Positions 1 through 10,472 of a stretch of 64,000 bases of DNA are shown here, piece after piece. Position numbers and translations under genes: made by a program. Numbering within the stretch: position 1 is the first letter of the stretch; each line of letters starts with the position of its first letter. The stretch spans positions 1,736,001 to 1,800,000 of the forward strand of contig CM035361.1 in the NCBI GenBank assembly GCA_020137815.1, given 5' to 3'. The notes under the pieces were generated by a model. It was not told where the DNA came from. It searched no databases and was given only the letters and a program-made list of their open reading frames with translations. Origin of the DNA: Hormiphora californensis. Its lineage: Eukaryota > Animalia > Ctenophora.

Positions 1-23
1 GTTTTTTAGGTTTTTTGGTTTTT

Positions 24-647
24 GGGGGGGGTGCAGCCCCAAAAAAATTCAAACTTTTTCCGAAACCCAGGGTATGGTTGGTTTTTTTTGGTTTTTTTTG
101 GTTGAAATTTCTTTGATTTTTTTTGGTCGTTTTTGATTTTTTTTGGTCGTTTTTGATTTTTTTTGGTCGTTTTTGATTTTTTTTGATCTTTTTTTGATTT
201 TTTTTGATCGTTTTTGATTTTTTTTGAATTTTTTTTGAATTTTTTTGATCGTTTTTGAATTTTTATGATCGTTTTTGATTTTTTTTAATTGTTTAATGTT
301 GAACAAAAAAGTTCAAAAAAAATCAAAAACGATCAAATAAAATCAAAAACGATCAAAAAAATTCAAAAAAATCAAAAACGATCAAAAAATTCAACAAAAA
401 AATCAAAAACGATCAAAAAAAATAAAAAAAGATCAAAAAAAATCAAAAACGACCAAAAAAAATCAAAAAAGATCAAAAAAAATCAAAAACGACCAAAAAA
501 AATAAAAAAAATCAAAAACGACCAAAAAAAATCAAAAAAGATCAAAAAAAATCAAAAACGACCAAAAAAAATCAAAAACGACCAAAAAAAATCAACACTT
601 TTGAAAATCCAGGGTATGGTTGGTTTTTTTTGGGCTGCACCCCCCCC
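24..647. mobile_element. Foldback-type MITE with inverted ~20-bp tandem arrays
   Basis: Ends GGGGGGGGTGCAGCCC (24-39) and GGGCTGCACCCCCCCC (632-647). The interior is (TTTTTTGGTCGTTTTTGATT)n followed by its reverse complement. Confidence 0.65.
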
Positions 648-821
648 GTTTTTATGGGTTTCAGGAACTTCCTAGAACAAAATGAATAGAACCATCTTTC
701 TCAGCGTGAAATTCTGTATCGATTTTAGTGGCTATAAACCTTTCTATGACGTAGAGTTATCCCAAACGGGTACATGTTATAGGGGCGGGTACATGTTTTA
801 GGCTAACGGGCGAACCTCTTG

Positions 822-2232
822 TCTATATTATAAAGCAGAGAACAGTGCAAGACAAAATTTGGAGGAGGGGGTTTTAGGGTTTGCACGTGGAAAATTGGCG
901 TGTTGTTAGGGGTGGTTGGTGGGGGGTTTGGGGAGTTGCCATGATGGTGGGCAAGAGTGTTAATACTGCACGTGCATGTTGTTGGGTGTTGTATTGCGTG
1001 TTCCTGTGGTGTTTTGTGGTGTTTGGCCATCTACTGCTGCGGCCCCGATAAATGCCAATGCTTTTCTACCAACGTATCCCTCTACACAGCTCCAGTTATA
1101 CGGATCTTTATCACCTGATTCGGTATGTTCTTCAGCAGTACTCTAAAGATTTCCCTGTACCAGCTCCCATATTCACCAGCCCGATATGAAGAGACGACGA
1201 TAGAGAGAAAGAGGGGGAGAGAGAGATAGATAGATATATAGATAGATAGATAGATAGAGAGAGCGAGAGAGAGAAAGAGAAAGAGAGAGAGAGGGGGAAT
1301 CGAATGATGGGGTAAGTGGGATAGAGAGAGAGAGGGGGATAGGGGGATAGATGGAGACTATCCATTGGAGAGGGGACTTGGAAAGAGAGGGAGATGGAGA
1401 GGGGGAAAGAGAGACATATAATAGACGGGGGGGGGGTGTTGTAGGACTCCAACTGGCTGTAAGGGGGTTATGGGGTGATTTGGTTAACATAGCCCGGGGG
1501 CGGGGGAAGGAGGGTGTTGAGGAATGAGTATTCAATAATGTGGGGCGAAAGCAGTCAATAGATATTGAAAGGATTTGATAGGGGTGGGGGGGGGGGAGTC
1601 AGTAGGGGGCGAGAGGAGTTTTGGGTCTTTTGCCTGGGCTCTCTAGTCTATATTATAAAGCAGAGATGGTTGCAAGACAATTGGTTTTTGGGGGGTTTTT
1701 AGGGCTTGCACGTGGAAAATTGGCATGTTGTTAGGGGTGGTTGGTGGGGTTTGGGGCGTGCACGTGCGTGTGTAAAGCCTTTCTAATGTTGGAAATTCAT
1801 GGCTCTTTTGAAAGAGCTTGATATTATCTTTCCAATGAGCTTTGGTATTTTGAAATTGGTTGCGAAATGACAGAGTTATGGCGAAAATGGTGAAAAATTA
1901 GGGAAAATTTGGGGTTCTGAACTGCACTTCAGATCACAGATTGAGAGAGGAGTGAGGGGAGTATTCAGTATGGCGTTAGGGGAGTGAATTGAGGGTAAGA
2001 TGGAGTGAATAGGGGACGATATTATTCAATAGGGACCGAGGGGAATGAATAGGGATAAGAGGGGTGATGACTGAGGGGAGTCAACAGGGGGAAGGGGGGT
2101 GGAGTATGATCTCGCGACCGGAGGTGCCGCGAAGCGGCGCCGTAGGGAGCAAAGTAGGCATGAGCCAGGGATCGGGATTTAGAGGAGTCAATAGGGTGTG
2201 AGAGTTTTTTGTTCTTTTGCCTGGGCTCTCTA
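822..2232 (+). mobile_element. Two tandem non-autonomous Helitron-like units
   Basis: Both units start TCTATATTATAAAGCAGAGA (822, ~1647), share the next ~120 bp, and end TCTTTTGCCTGGGCTCTCTA(G). This matches the 5'-TC and 3'-CTRR ends of Helitrons. Confidence 0.45.
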
Positions 2233-2321
2233 TTACCTCTATATAACGGAACCTCTAATTAACGAAATCGGTAATAATTTCGTTAATTTTAGGTATCGTT
2301 AATTTCCAAAATAGCAAACAT

Positions 2322-3596
2322 ATGGTACACAGGAAGAGCGTACTGTTCAGTGACAACAAAGTGTGGAGGAAAAAAGACAAAAATTTCGATATTACCATGG
2401 GTGCACTAGATGGAGCCGAAGCATCTGACCTGGTAGGAATATACCTGCTACAGCAAATCCAGAACTACCTAGAATCAAACCACGAGGGTTGCCACAGCGG
2501 ACTGTACAGAGACGATGGTTTGATATACATCAATAACAGCAACGGACCACTTTTAAACCGAATTGAAAAACACCTGCACCGGCTATTCAAGAACAACGGA
2601 ATGAAAATAACGGTGGAACAAGTGGGAAAAATTGTGAATATACTGGACGTCACTCTCAACGCAGAGACAGGAACCTTCAAACCATTCCGGAAACCCAATA
2701 GCAACACCACCTACGTGAACAAATCCTCAAACCACCCACCTGTAATCCTGAAAAACATTCCAAGGACCATACAGGACCGCCTATGCAGTCTATCGCACTC
2801 GGAGAAAGAATTCGAAGAATGCAAGGATGTCTACCAAGAGGCATTGGTAAAAGCAGGATACAAATCTGACATGAATTTCACAAAAATTCAGCAAGGTGGA
2901 AAACACCGGAAGAGGAAAAGGGCGAGAAAAATCATTTGGTTCAACCCGCCATTCTCGAAAAATGTGGCTACGGATATCGGAAAACAGTTTTTCGACCTAC
3001 TGAGGCTGCACTTTCCTCCCCAACACCCATTTCACCGGCTCTTCAACAAAAAGACGGTAAAATTGTCCTACTCTACCATGATGAACATGGACAGCATCGT
3101 CAAGGCTACCAACAAGAAGCTCCTGAAGAAAGCAGAAGAGATGCATGAAGGGAAGGGAAAGGAATGCAACTGCAGGAAAGCCGAATCATGCCCCGTAAAT
3201 AAAAAGTGCCTAACAACAGGGGTAGTGTACGAGGCTACTGTGAAGCACGGGAACAAGGAGTCAAAATACGTCGGAATGGCCGAGGGGACGTTTAAATCCA
3301 GACTGAACACACACAAAACTACATTCAGACACGACAGATACAAAAACGAGACAGAACTGTCCAAACTAGTCTGGAGACTAAAGGACAGAGACATAAGACA
3401 TGACATAACATGGCGATTATTAGCCAAAGCTCGCACATATCAACCTGGTAATATAACCTGTAATCTGTGTCTGGCGGAAAAGTACCACATCCTCAGAGGG
3501 AAGGACCTGATAAACAGGAAGAGCGAACTGTTAAACAAGTGTCCGCACAAGAGGAAGTATCTAGCCGTTAAACTCATGAAACATCCAACTTTATGA
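2322..3596 (+). CDS. Penelope-like element ORF, 5'-truncated RT plus GIY-YIG endonuclease (Hydra-clade-like)
   Basis: RT motifs FDITMGALDGAE and LYRDDGL, thumb HPP, WFNPPFS, CxCx5C linker, VVY...YVG, CNLC, KCPHKRK. Confidence 0.9.
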   Translation: MVHRKSVLFSDNKVWRKKDKNFDITMGALDGAEASDLVGIYLLQQIQNYLESNHEGCHSGLYRDDGLIYINNSNGPLLNRIEKHLHRLFKNNGMKITVEQVGKIVNILDVTLNAETGTFKPFRKPNSNTTYVNKSSNHPPVILKNIPRTIQDRLCSLSHSEKEFEECKDVYQEALVKAGYKSDMNFTKIQQGGKHRKRKRARKIIWFNPPFSKNVATDIGKQFFDLLRLHFPPQHPFHRLFNKKTVKLSYSTMMNMDSIVKATNKKLLKKAEEMHEGKGKECNCRKAESCPVNKKCLTTGVVYEATVKHGNKESKYVGMAEGTFKSRLNTHKTTFRHDRYKNETELSKLVWRLKDRDIRHDITWRLLAKARTYQPGNITCNLCLAEKYHILRGKDLINRKSELLNKCPHKRKYLAVKLMKHPTL

Positions 3597-3620
3597 AGGA
3601 GCAGAGGACTGTTAACGAGT

Positions 3621-3694
3621 AAACAAGTTTACATTTTTAATCCTGACGATCGCATTCGCGTGAAACATTTGTTGATTGTGTAAAAAACTTGTTT
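3621..3694 (+). ncRNA. Type I minimal hammerhead ribozyme in the PLE pseudo-LTR
   Basis: Stem I AATC/GATT extended by AAACAAGTTT/AAACTTGTTT; core CTGACGA 3643-3649; stem II CGC-ATTC-GCG; GAAAC 3662-3666; loop ATTT; cleavage triplet GTT 3671-3673. Confidence 0.8.
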
Positions 3695-4196
3695 TTCACT
3701 TGTCAAAATAGTTAAGCTCTCCGCATCCACGGATCGAGCACTCTACCAGGATACTAACTTCTACATCTAGCTAGTACACCCAAACCGATTTTCGTTAATT
3801 TAAGGTATGTTAATTAAAGGTACGCTAATAGGAGGTTCCGTTATATAGCGGTAATAAGGTATTCACCGTCCTGCACTTCAATTCTCGTAAGATATTTTGC
3901 ACGTGCAGCATAGCGCGCCACCCTCGATCTAGCGCGGCCATCTCTCAAGATAGGACACCGCGCGTTACATTAAGTCGGCAGCGGGAAGACTAAGGATATT
4001 TTCGCGGGAACTGCAACAATACTACCACTCATGAGTTCTTGGCTCGTCACCGGTCACCCTTTCGAGTGGAACAAATGTCGAACTGTCGGTTCCCGTTATG
4101 AAGTCACAACATGATGGCGCTTCCCAAACGGTTTCATGATTTGTAATTGAGAACAGAGAATAATTCTCAGAGAAGACTTCTCTGAGAAGTTCTTAC

Positions 4197-4566
4197 CTGA
4201 CCACTCGTTTTCATACCACGTTAAGAAACAGTTAACTTCTTTCTTGCACCTCCTGAGAAAGAAAGTAAACAGTTATCAATATCTGTCATTGTGTGTCAGA
4301 AGAAGGAGAGTGAGTGAGACAAGGTTTGTTATCACCCCATGTCATAATAATACTGTCTGGTAACCATAGCAACGACAGAACTAAAGAACTTAGAAGAATC
4401 AAGAAATAAAGGTGTTTAGAATTTCAGGAAGATATTCTTTTTAAAAGAGCCCAATTTTCAGGAACTAAGACATGGAATTAGTGCAGAGAATTAGCTACTC
4501 ACTTTGATGGCATTTTCCTTGACCGACTTGACTTGTACAGACCTCCAGAACTGTGGAACAAGGATT

Positions 4567-4622
<56 letters not shown>

Positions 4623-5333
4623 GAGAGAAGGAGAGAGAGAGAGATAGAGAGAGAGAGGCTGCGCTGAAGAGCCGAGGAGCGCGATCTCGCGCGATCGCTC
4701 TCTCTAGCGCTCTCGCTCTCTCCGCTACGGAGCGAGAGAGAGAAGATAGATACAGTAAGAAGGTGCAGAAATGTCATTAGCAGCTTGTCGCTATAGCGAC
4801 CCCACACGCAGTCACATTACAAGAGAGATAAACATGAAAGTAAGATATAAAAAGAGGGAGATATGCAAGGAAAATACTGACAAGAGTTATACCGATTACA
4901 TTGCATGTGACACATGAAACACTGACATCATATGGACCTTGTTGACACAGTCGATTAGCCAAATGTACTTCAATTGGAGAGTGCACACATGAAGTAACAC
5001 ATGAAGTAACACATGAAGTAACACATGAAGTAACAGTGAAACACGATATAAAACTCACGACAGGGAAAAAGAGGATGAATTCTCATTGACAATTTCCTCA
5101 ATGTCTTCCTATCAGATTTAGTTTTAGATTCAGTAATTAGTAGTGAGTTTAGATTCAGAATTCGGAAAAATATAATCCTTTCTTAGATGAGTTTAGACTC
5201 AGAATAGGTCGGGAAGATGTCCTCTCTTGGATGTCATTGTTTGTGCGATTGTGTTACTGCAGTCGAGCTTAGTCAATGTCTAAGCTATTGCTTGTCATTA
5301 CAAGAATGTGCGAGAAACCTGTAGTCTCACACA

Positions 5334-5396
<63 letters not shown>

Positions 5397-5403
5397 GCTC
5401 TCA

Positions 5404-5438
<35 letters not shown>

Positions 5439-6574
5439 GCTCTCACTCTCACTATCTCTTCCTAATGTGCATGTTACGTGTCTTTGTCCTAACATTCTCC
5501 ACTGTCTCCAATAGTTTGCGACAAAAGAACGGAATGATTTAAATAATTCTGAATTCATGGCCAGTAAAGAATACTATGGAGGGTGTTCGCACGAGGCGAT
5601 GTTGAGGTTCTAATCTAAGGTGAGTGATATGAAGGAGATGAAAACAACTTACCTTTGATTTCAGAACGACACTTTTTGGACGATAATACTTCTTGGCCAT
5701 CTGCGGAATTATAGATATATCAATTCAGTGTCAGGGTAGGCATCTTAGTTACATCTGAACAGAATAATGCATTGCAGTGCTCAGAGAACAAGGAGAGTCT
5801 GATGCGACTAAAAACACTGAAGACCTCATTCACATTGTTTGACACTCCCCCTCTCCCCGCGACTTCGAGAGAGGGTTTACAAATGTTAAAGGAGGGTAAG
5901 AACACACCAAAAACTCACATTGTTGAGAGCGAACAGAAGGGCCTCATTTCGTGATGATGGGGTTGAAATAGAGGGACAGAGGGACAGCTGGTGCTGGGCA
6001 GTGTATATGAAACCACGGTGATGAAGCGGCTCCATTACCTGGGGGAGAGGGAGAGATGGAATCATATCGGAATAATATTGTCTGGAAATAGGCTGTCTGG
6101 CTGTTTTCCTCAATCAATGTCAATGCTAAAAAGAGAGAGAGGGCCAAGCAAGACAAGGAACAGGGAGAGGGTCATTTTGGATTATTAGGATTTGGACGTG
6201 CTAAGGCCTAAGTATAGTGGGATAGAACTAATGAAACTGGAGATGGGATAAACATAAAACTCACGCTGAATAAGAATTCAAGCTGGCTCCCCGAGCATTT
6301 CGCTATCAGACATTCCACAAAATATTTCCTCTGAAGAAAGTGTGTGGTGTAAAGAAACTCTCCACTAAATATATAACCAAATTATGTCTAACTGCCATAA
6401 TTCGGACTGTCGAATCTGGACCAACAGCAGTGTGTTATAAAGACATTGCATGATTTGTTTGACAAAAATTAACACACTACTTACTCCCTCATCCGACCAG
6501 ATCTCCAACCATTCCTCTAGAACCTCACACTGTCTGTTAAACTGAACTTGGCCACTGTAACTACCACAAACCAT
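4197..6574 (-). CDS. Multi-exon gene, 3' part not found; helical W..W...R..F...L...C...QL.FL motif like the pre-F-box region of FBXW10/FBXO16/ECT2L-type proteins
   Basis: Phase-consistent GT-AG exons 6485-6574, 6265-6330, 5919-6038, 5653-5700, 5059-5108, 4503-4550, 4197-4252. They give ..EEWLEIWSDEGRKYFVECLIAKCSGSQLEFLFSVMEPLHHRGF..EVNCFLTWYENEWS. The family call is inference. Confidence 0.6.
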
Positions 6575-7015
6575 GCTATGAGAAGCTGAGAGGTGGTTAC
6601 TTCATATGGTTTAGAGCTGAGGTAGTTCACAACATGGTTTAGAGGTGGTTCACAACATGGTTTAGAGGTGGTTCACAACATGATTTAGGGGTGGTTAACA
6701 TGTAGGTTTAGAGGTGGTTCAAATGGTATAGGTATTGGTGATAATGCACCAGTTGGTCACACAATCTTTGTCGTATACTTTGAAGCAAATATAATGTCAG
6801 ATATACTAAGTTCGTCAAGAATTTACAATTTGAAAATTATTCACACTATCTATTGCAGAGAGTGATCAGCACACACACACTGTGCTACTGCAGATGTGTT
6901 ATGACATGCAGGATAGTTGAGTGCTTTGCTTGACAACACATATCAACTACACACAATATGTGTCCTCTTAAAATATATATCAGAGTTTGATACAAATAAA
7001 AACAAGGAAGTTTAG

Positions 7016-7067
7016 TTCAACAGTTTACACATGTTTCAATACAAAATTGTATTTCATCAGAACTGAA
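7016..7067 (-). ncRNA. Type I hammerhead ribozyme (inverted copy)
   Basis: Exact reverse complement of the 8403-8454 motif. Confidence 0.85.
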
Positions 7068-7120
7068 TCACACTTGTCCCGTTCCAGGTTTCTTGCTTGC
7101 TCCTTCATAAAGCCATCCAA

Positions 7121-7936
7121 TTAGAGATTGTATTTCTTGTGATGTCTGCAACTACCCATGATCTCGCTTCTCCGGTTTAGGAGTTGGTGGTTCCTGGACT
7201 CCATCAAAATCTCCATCTTCTCGGTAGTGCACAGGTCACAGAACCGATCCCCAATTCTGTACGGTCTTCCCTTTTTCCTCACTTTCCAAGTGATCCCGAA
7301 TGTGATCCCCCTGTCCTTCAACTCCCACACCTTTTCAGACAGCCTTGTAGATGTTCTTTTTTCGGAGTTGTTGAATGTGTGCTTGTGCTGGCTGAATCGG
7401 GTTTTAAATGAGTTCCCTGTTAACCCGATGTATAGAAATTTCTGGTTGCAGCTGGTCTTCAGTTGAGCTTCGTATACCAATGATTCGGTGAGGCACTTTC
7501 CATCCAATGGACAACTTCCCTTGTCCTTACAGTTGCATAATTTATCAGGCACATCTGTTGGTTTCGGGCCCCCATGTGTGAGTTTTTTGTTGTGGGCCTT
7601 TATCCTCGATTCCATGTTTTTCATGCAACTGTATGATACCTTGAGAGTGTTTTTGTTGAAGATCTGGCTGTAAATGTGTCCTGCTGGAAAGTGTCTTGCC
7701 ACTAAACCAAGAAACTTTCGTCCCAGGTCCGTTTCAACATCCACAGAAAATGGTGGGTTAAACCATATTACCCTTCGCCGTCCTTTCCTTTTCTTTTTCC
7801 CTTTTCTCGCCACGTCTTTATATTCCGTTGAGAAGCCCTTGTAACCACTCTGCTCCAAAGCTCCTTGGTAGTGATATCGTGCCGCTTGGAAAGCACTTGG
7901 ACTTGATGACAATCGTCTTATGCGATCCATTACCAA
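7121..7936 (-). pseudogene. PLE C-terminal fragment (thumb, linker and GIY-YIG endonuclease)
   Basis: WFNPPFS, CNCKDKGSCP, LVY...YIG, CDLC, SCRHHKK; no RT core. Confidence 0.85.
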
Positions 7937-8402
7937 GTATACGAAGCTCAACTGAAGACCAGCTGCAACCAGAAATTTCTATACATCGGGTTAACAGGGA
8001 ACTCATTTAAAACCCGATTCAGCCAGCACAAGCACACATTCAACAACTCCGAAAAAAGAACATCTACAAGGCTGTCTGAAAAGGTGTGGGAGTTGAAGGA
8101 CAGGGGGATCACATTCGGGATCACTTGGAAAGTGAGGAAAAAGGGAAGACCGTACAGAATTGGGGATCGGTTCTGTGACCTGTGCACTACCGAGAAGATG
8201 GAGATTTTGATGGAGTCCAGGAACCACCAACTCCTAAACCGGAGAAGCGAGATCATGGGTAGTTGCAGACATCACAAGAAATACAATCTCTAATTGGATG
8301 GCTTTATGAAGGAGCAAGCAAGAAACCTGGAACGGGACAAGTGTGATTCAGTTCTTTGGAGATGGTGGAGGCTGGTGGGGTGTGAACAATGAAACCAAGT
8401 GA

Positions 8403-8454
8403 TTCAGTTCTGATGAAATACAATTTTGTATTGAAACATGTGTAAACTGTTGAA
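8403..8454 (+). ncRNA. Type I minimal hammerhead ribozyme
   Basis: Stem I CAGTT/AACTG; core CTGATGA 8410-8416; stem II AATACAA-TT-TTGTATT; GAAAC; loop ATGT; cleavage triplet GTA 8442-8444. Confidence 0.9.
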
Positions 8455-8610
8455 CTAAACTTCCTTGTTTTTATTTGTAAACAGCTCCTCCTGGTGAGTA
8501 GAGCACTATCCGAGGCAAGGACAATCAGCTATCAGAGTTTGATATGAAGTTATCGGACAGAATAGAAGAGTTCTACCCGCTGGAGGACCCGTGTCACCGC
8601 ACCTCTAGGG

Positions 8611-8648
8611 TTGTTTTGTTCAAAAGGAATGGGGGTCGAACAAGGCAA
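8611..8648. mobile_element. 38-bp micro-element with 8-bp TSD
   Basis: TTGTTTTGTTC...GAACAAGGCAA flanked on both sides by CTCTAGGG. Confidence 0.75.
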
Positions 8649-9022
8649 CTCTAGGGCTACCAGTAACGCTAAACTAAATTAATTATACGCTGGAGTACAG
8701 CCTTCTAAAGCGGTACACCAGAAAGAAACCGCCAACAGGTATTGATAGACTCAAGAATCTTTTATGATCTCTTTAAGGTTAGTCTACCTAGACTCTAGTA
8801 TTCACATTTTATTTTGTGGGGTAATTTTTAAGTTCAGTCAAGTGTCAACACCATTTTTCGGGTCGAAATGCTGTCGCCCTGAACCAGAAAAGTCGGGAGC
8901 TCAAACTTAAACTATGTTTCTGGTTTACAAGATAGTTTGGTACAATAAGATGTTTTAGAAGGCCCAGAATCTAGGTTGATAAGCCAAAAAAAATTGGCAA
9001 AAAGTTTTAGGCGGCAAAAAAT

Positions 9023-9844
9023 GGGCGCCGTTACGATCTGGGTGTTTGGAGGCCTGTTTACAGGTGCGCGCTGCCAAAAAAGTTTATTCACTAAAATGGC
9101 TCTAACAGCCAAACCACTCAACCGTTTTAGTTGGTGACGCGGTCCCCCCTACACTAGGGCCGCGCGAAGCGCGGCAAACGAAGCCGGCGAAGGGGATGTC
9201 ATCACCAACCGTTTTAGCCGCTTTAGAAGGCTTGTTAGTGGTGGGTGCGTTGCTTCAATCGACTGATTGAAACGGCGTCCTCCTAGCACTAACAATGCAT
9301 TTGTTTTGTTCAAACCTTGAACGGGGAGGGAGGGTCGAACAAGGCAACAATGCATAGGCCCAAAAGCGGGATATAAATTATAATTGCATTTGTATTTGTA
9401 TTTGTTTATCTGGTAGGGAATGTCAAGGCCTAACCCCAACCCAAACCCCAACCCTAACCCTACTTTAGCCCTAACCCTAAAAAACCGTTTGTCAGCACTC
9501 CCAAAACACCCAGATTTTAACGCTGGCCTTATTCTCCGTGTGCCAACACAACACTATAATGGTACACCCGCACAGTCGTGTTCCTTTCTTGAGTTTGATT
9601 TTTTGCGGCCAGCGTTAAAATCTGGGTGTTTTGAGAGTGCTGACAAACGGTTTTTTTAGGGTTAGGGCTAAAGTAGGGTTGGGGTTTGGGTTGGGGTTAG
9701 GCCTTGACATTCTCTACCAGATAAACTTTGAATCAGCCAAAGCGGTTGAGTGGTTTGGCGGTTAGAGCCATTTTAGTGAATCAACTTTTTTGGCAGCGCG
9801 CACCTGTAAACAGGCCTCCAAACACCCAGATCGTAACGGCGCCC
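9023..9844. repeat. Nested inverted-repeat elements; inner MITE ~9405-9725 carries CCCTAA-like subrepeats
   Basis: ~9023-9128 is the reverse complement of ~9740-9844; ~9405-9528 is the reverse complement of ~9607-9725. Confidence 0.7.
9301..9347. mobile_element. 47-bp micro-element with 8-bp TSD
   Basis: Same ends as the 8611 copy, flanked on both sides by CAATGCAT. Confidence 0.75.
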
Positions 9845-10472
9845 GGAGAATAATGGCCGCAAAAAATGGAGAAAAAAAATTTTGAGATATCGAAAAATTT
9901 TCTGAAATCAAATAAAATCCTTTTTTTTGAAATTACACTAAACTGCGCGCGCGATTGGTACGCGCAAAACAATCCCGCGCATTGGGATGTCGAAGAACTC
10001 TTTTATTTTTCAAATTAAAAATGTCAGTTTCATAACAGAAAGCATAAAACATAAACATACAATCCAATATCCATTTCCAATAGTTCTATCAGCTGTAACA
10101 TGACTATGACTCAAGCTTACAATACCGGACAGGGGAAATTAAATTGTACACATGCCTTCTTTACTTTCCGGTAAAACCTGTCTGCCGACCATATCACTGT
10201 TGAGAATCAAAATGAGCTCTGGCGGCACAAGACAGACGTTTACAGTGACTCTGACTAGATTGTGGGATTTTAGAATCCTAATCTTTCAATGAAGATTCTC
10301 TTGATACACTTTATTATTTAGTAAAATGAACAGGAAAACAATATAGTAAGTTAAAGTAAGGCCGGCACATTTAATTTCCACTAAAATTCAGCTACAATTA
10401 AAAACACTCAGTTAAAGCTGTTCCAGTTCCAATTCATTCGTCTGTGGGGTAATTCAACACACTATTTCTCTT

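Larger units (their letters stand above)
2231..3856. mobile_element. Small TA-flanked MITE interrupted by a Penelope-like insertion
   Basis: 25-bp TIR TATTACC(T/G)CTATATAACGGAACCTC at 2231-2255, reverse complement at 3832-3856. Confidence 0.75.
6993..8529. mobile_element. Second Penelope-like family, inverted two-arm insertion with 15-bp TSD
   Basis: Minus arm ~6993-7936, plus arm ~7937-8529. TSD TATCAGAGTTTGATA at 6978-6992 and 8530-8544. Confidence 0.88.

Noticed and set aside
49-675. Lys-rich ORFs on both strands
   Set aside because: Translations of the 20-bp inverted arrays.
1085-1160. Minus-strand LLKNIPNQV resembling a PLE thumb motif
   Set aside because: Too short, with no flanking motifs.
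3592-3650. SECIS element (ATGA...AA...GA) after the PLE ORF
   Set aside because: Spacing and helix II are non-canonical, and no internal TGA occurs in the surviving ORFs; SECISearch3 would be needed to exclude it fully.
9430-9700. CCCTAA/TTAGGG words as a telomere
   Set aside because: Few degenerate units inside MITE arms.
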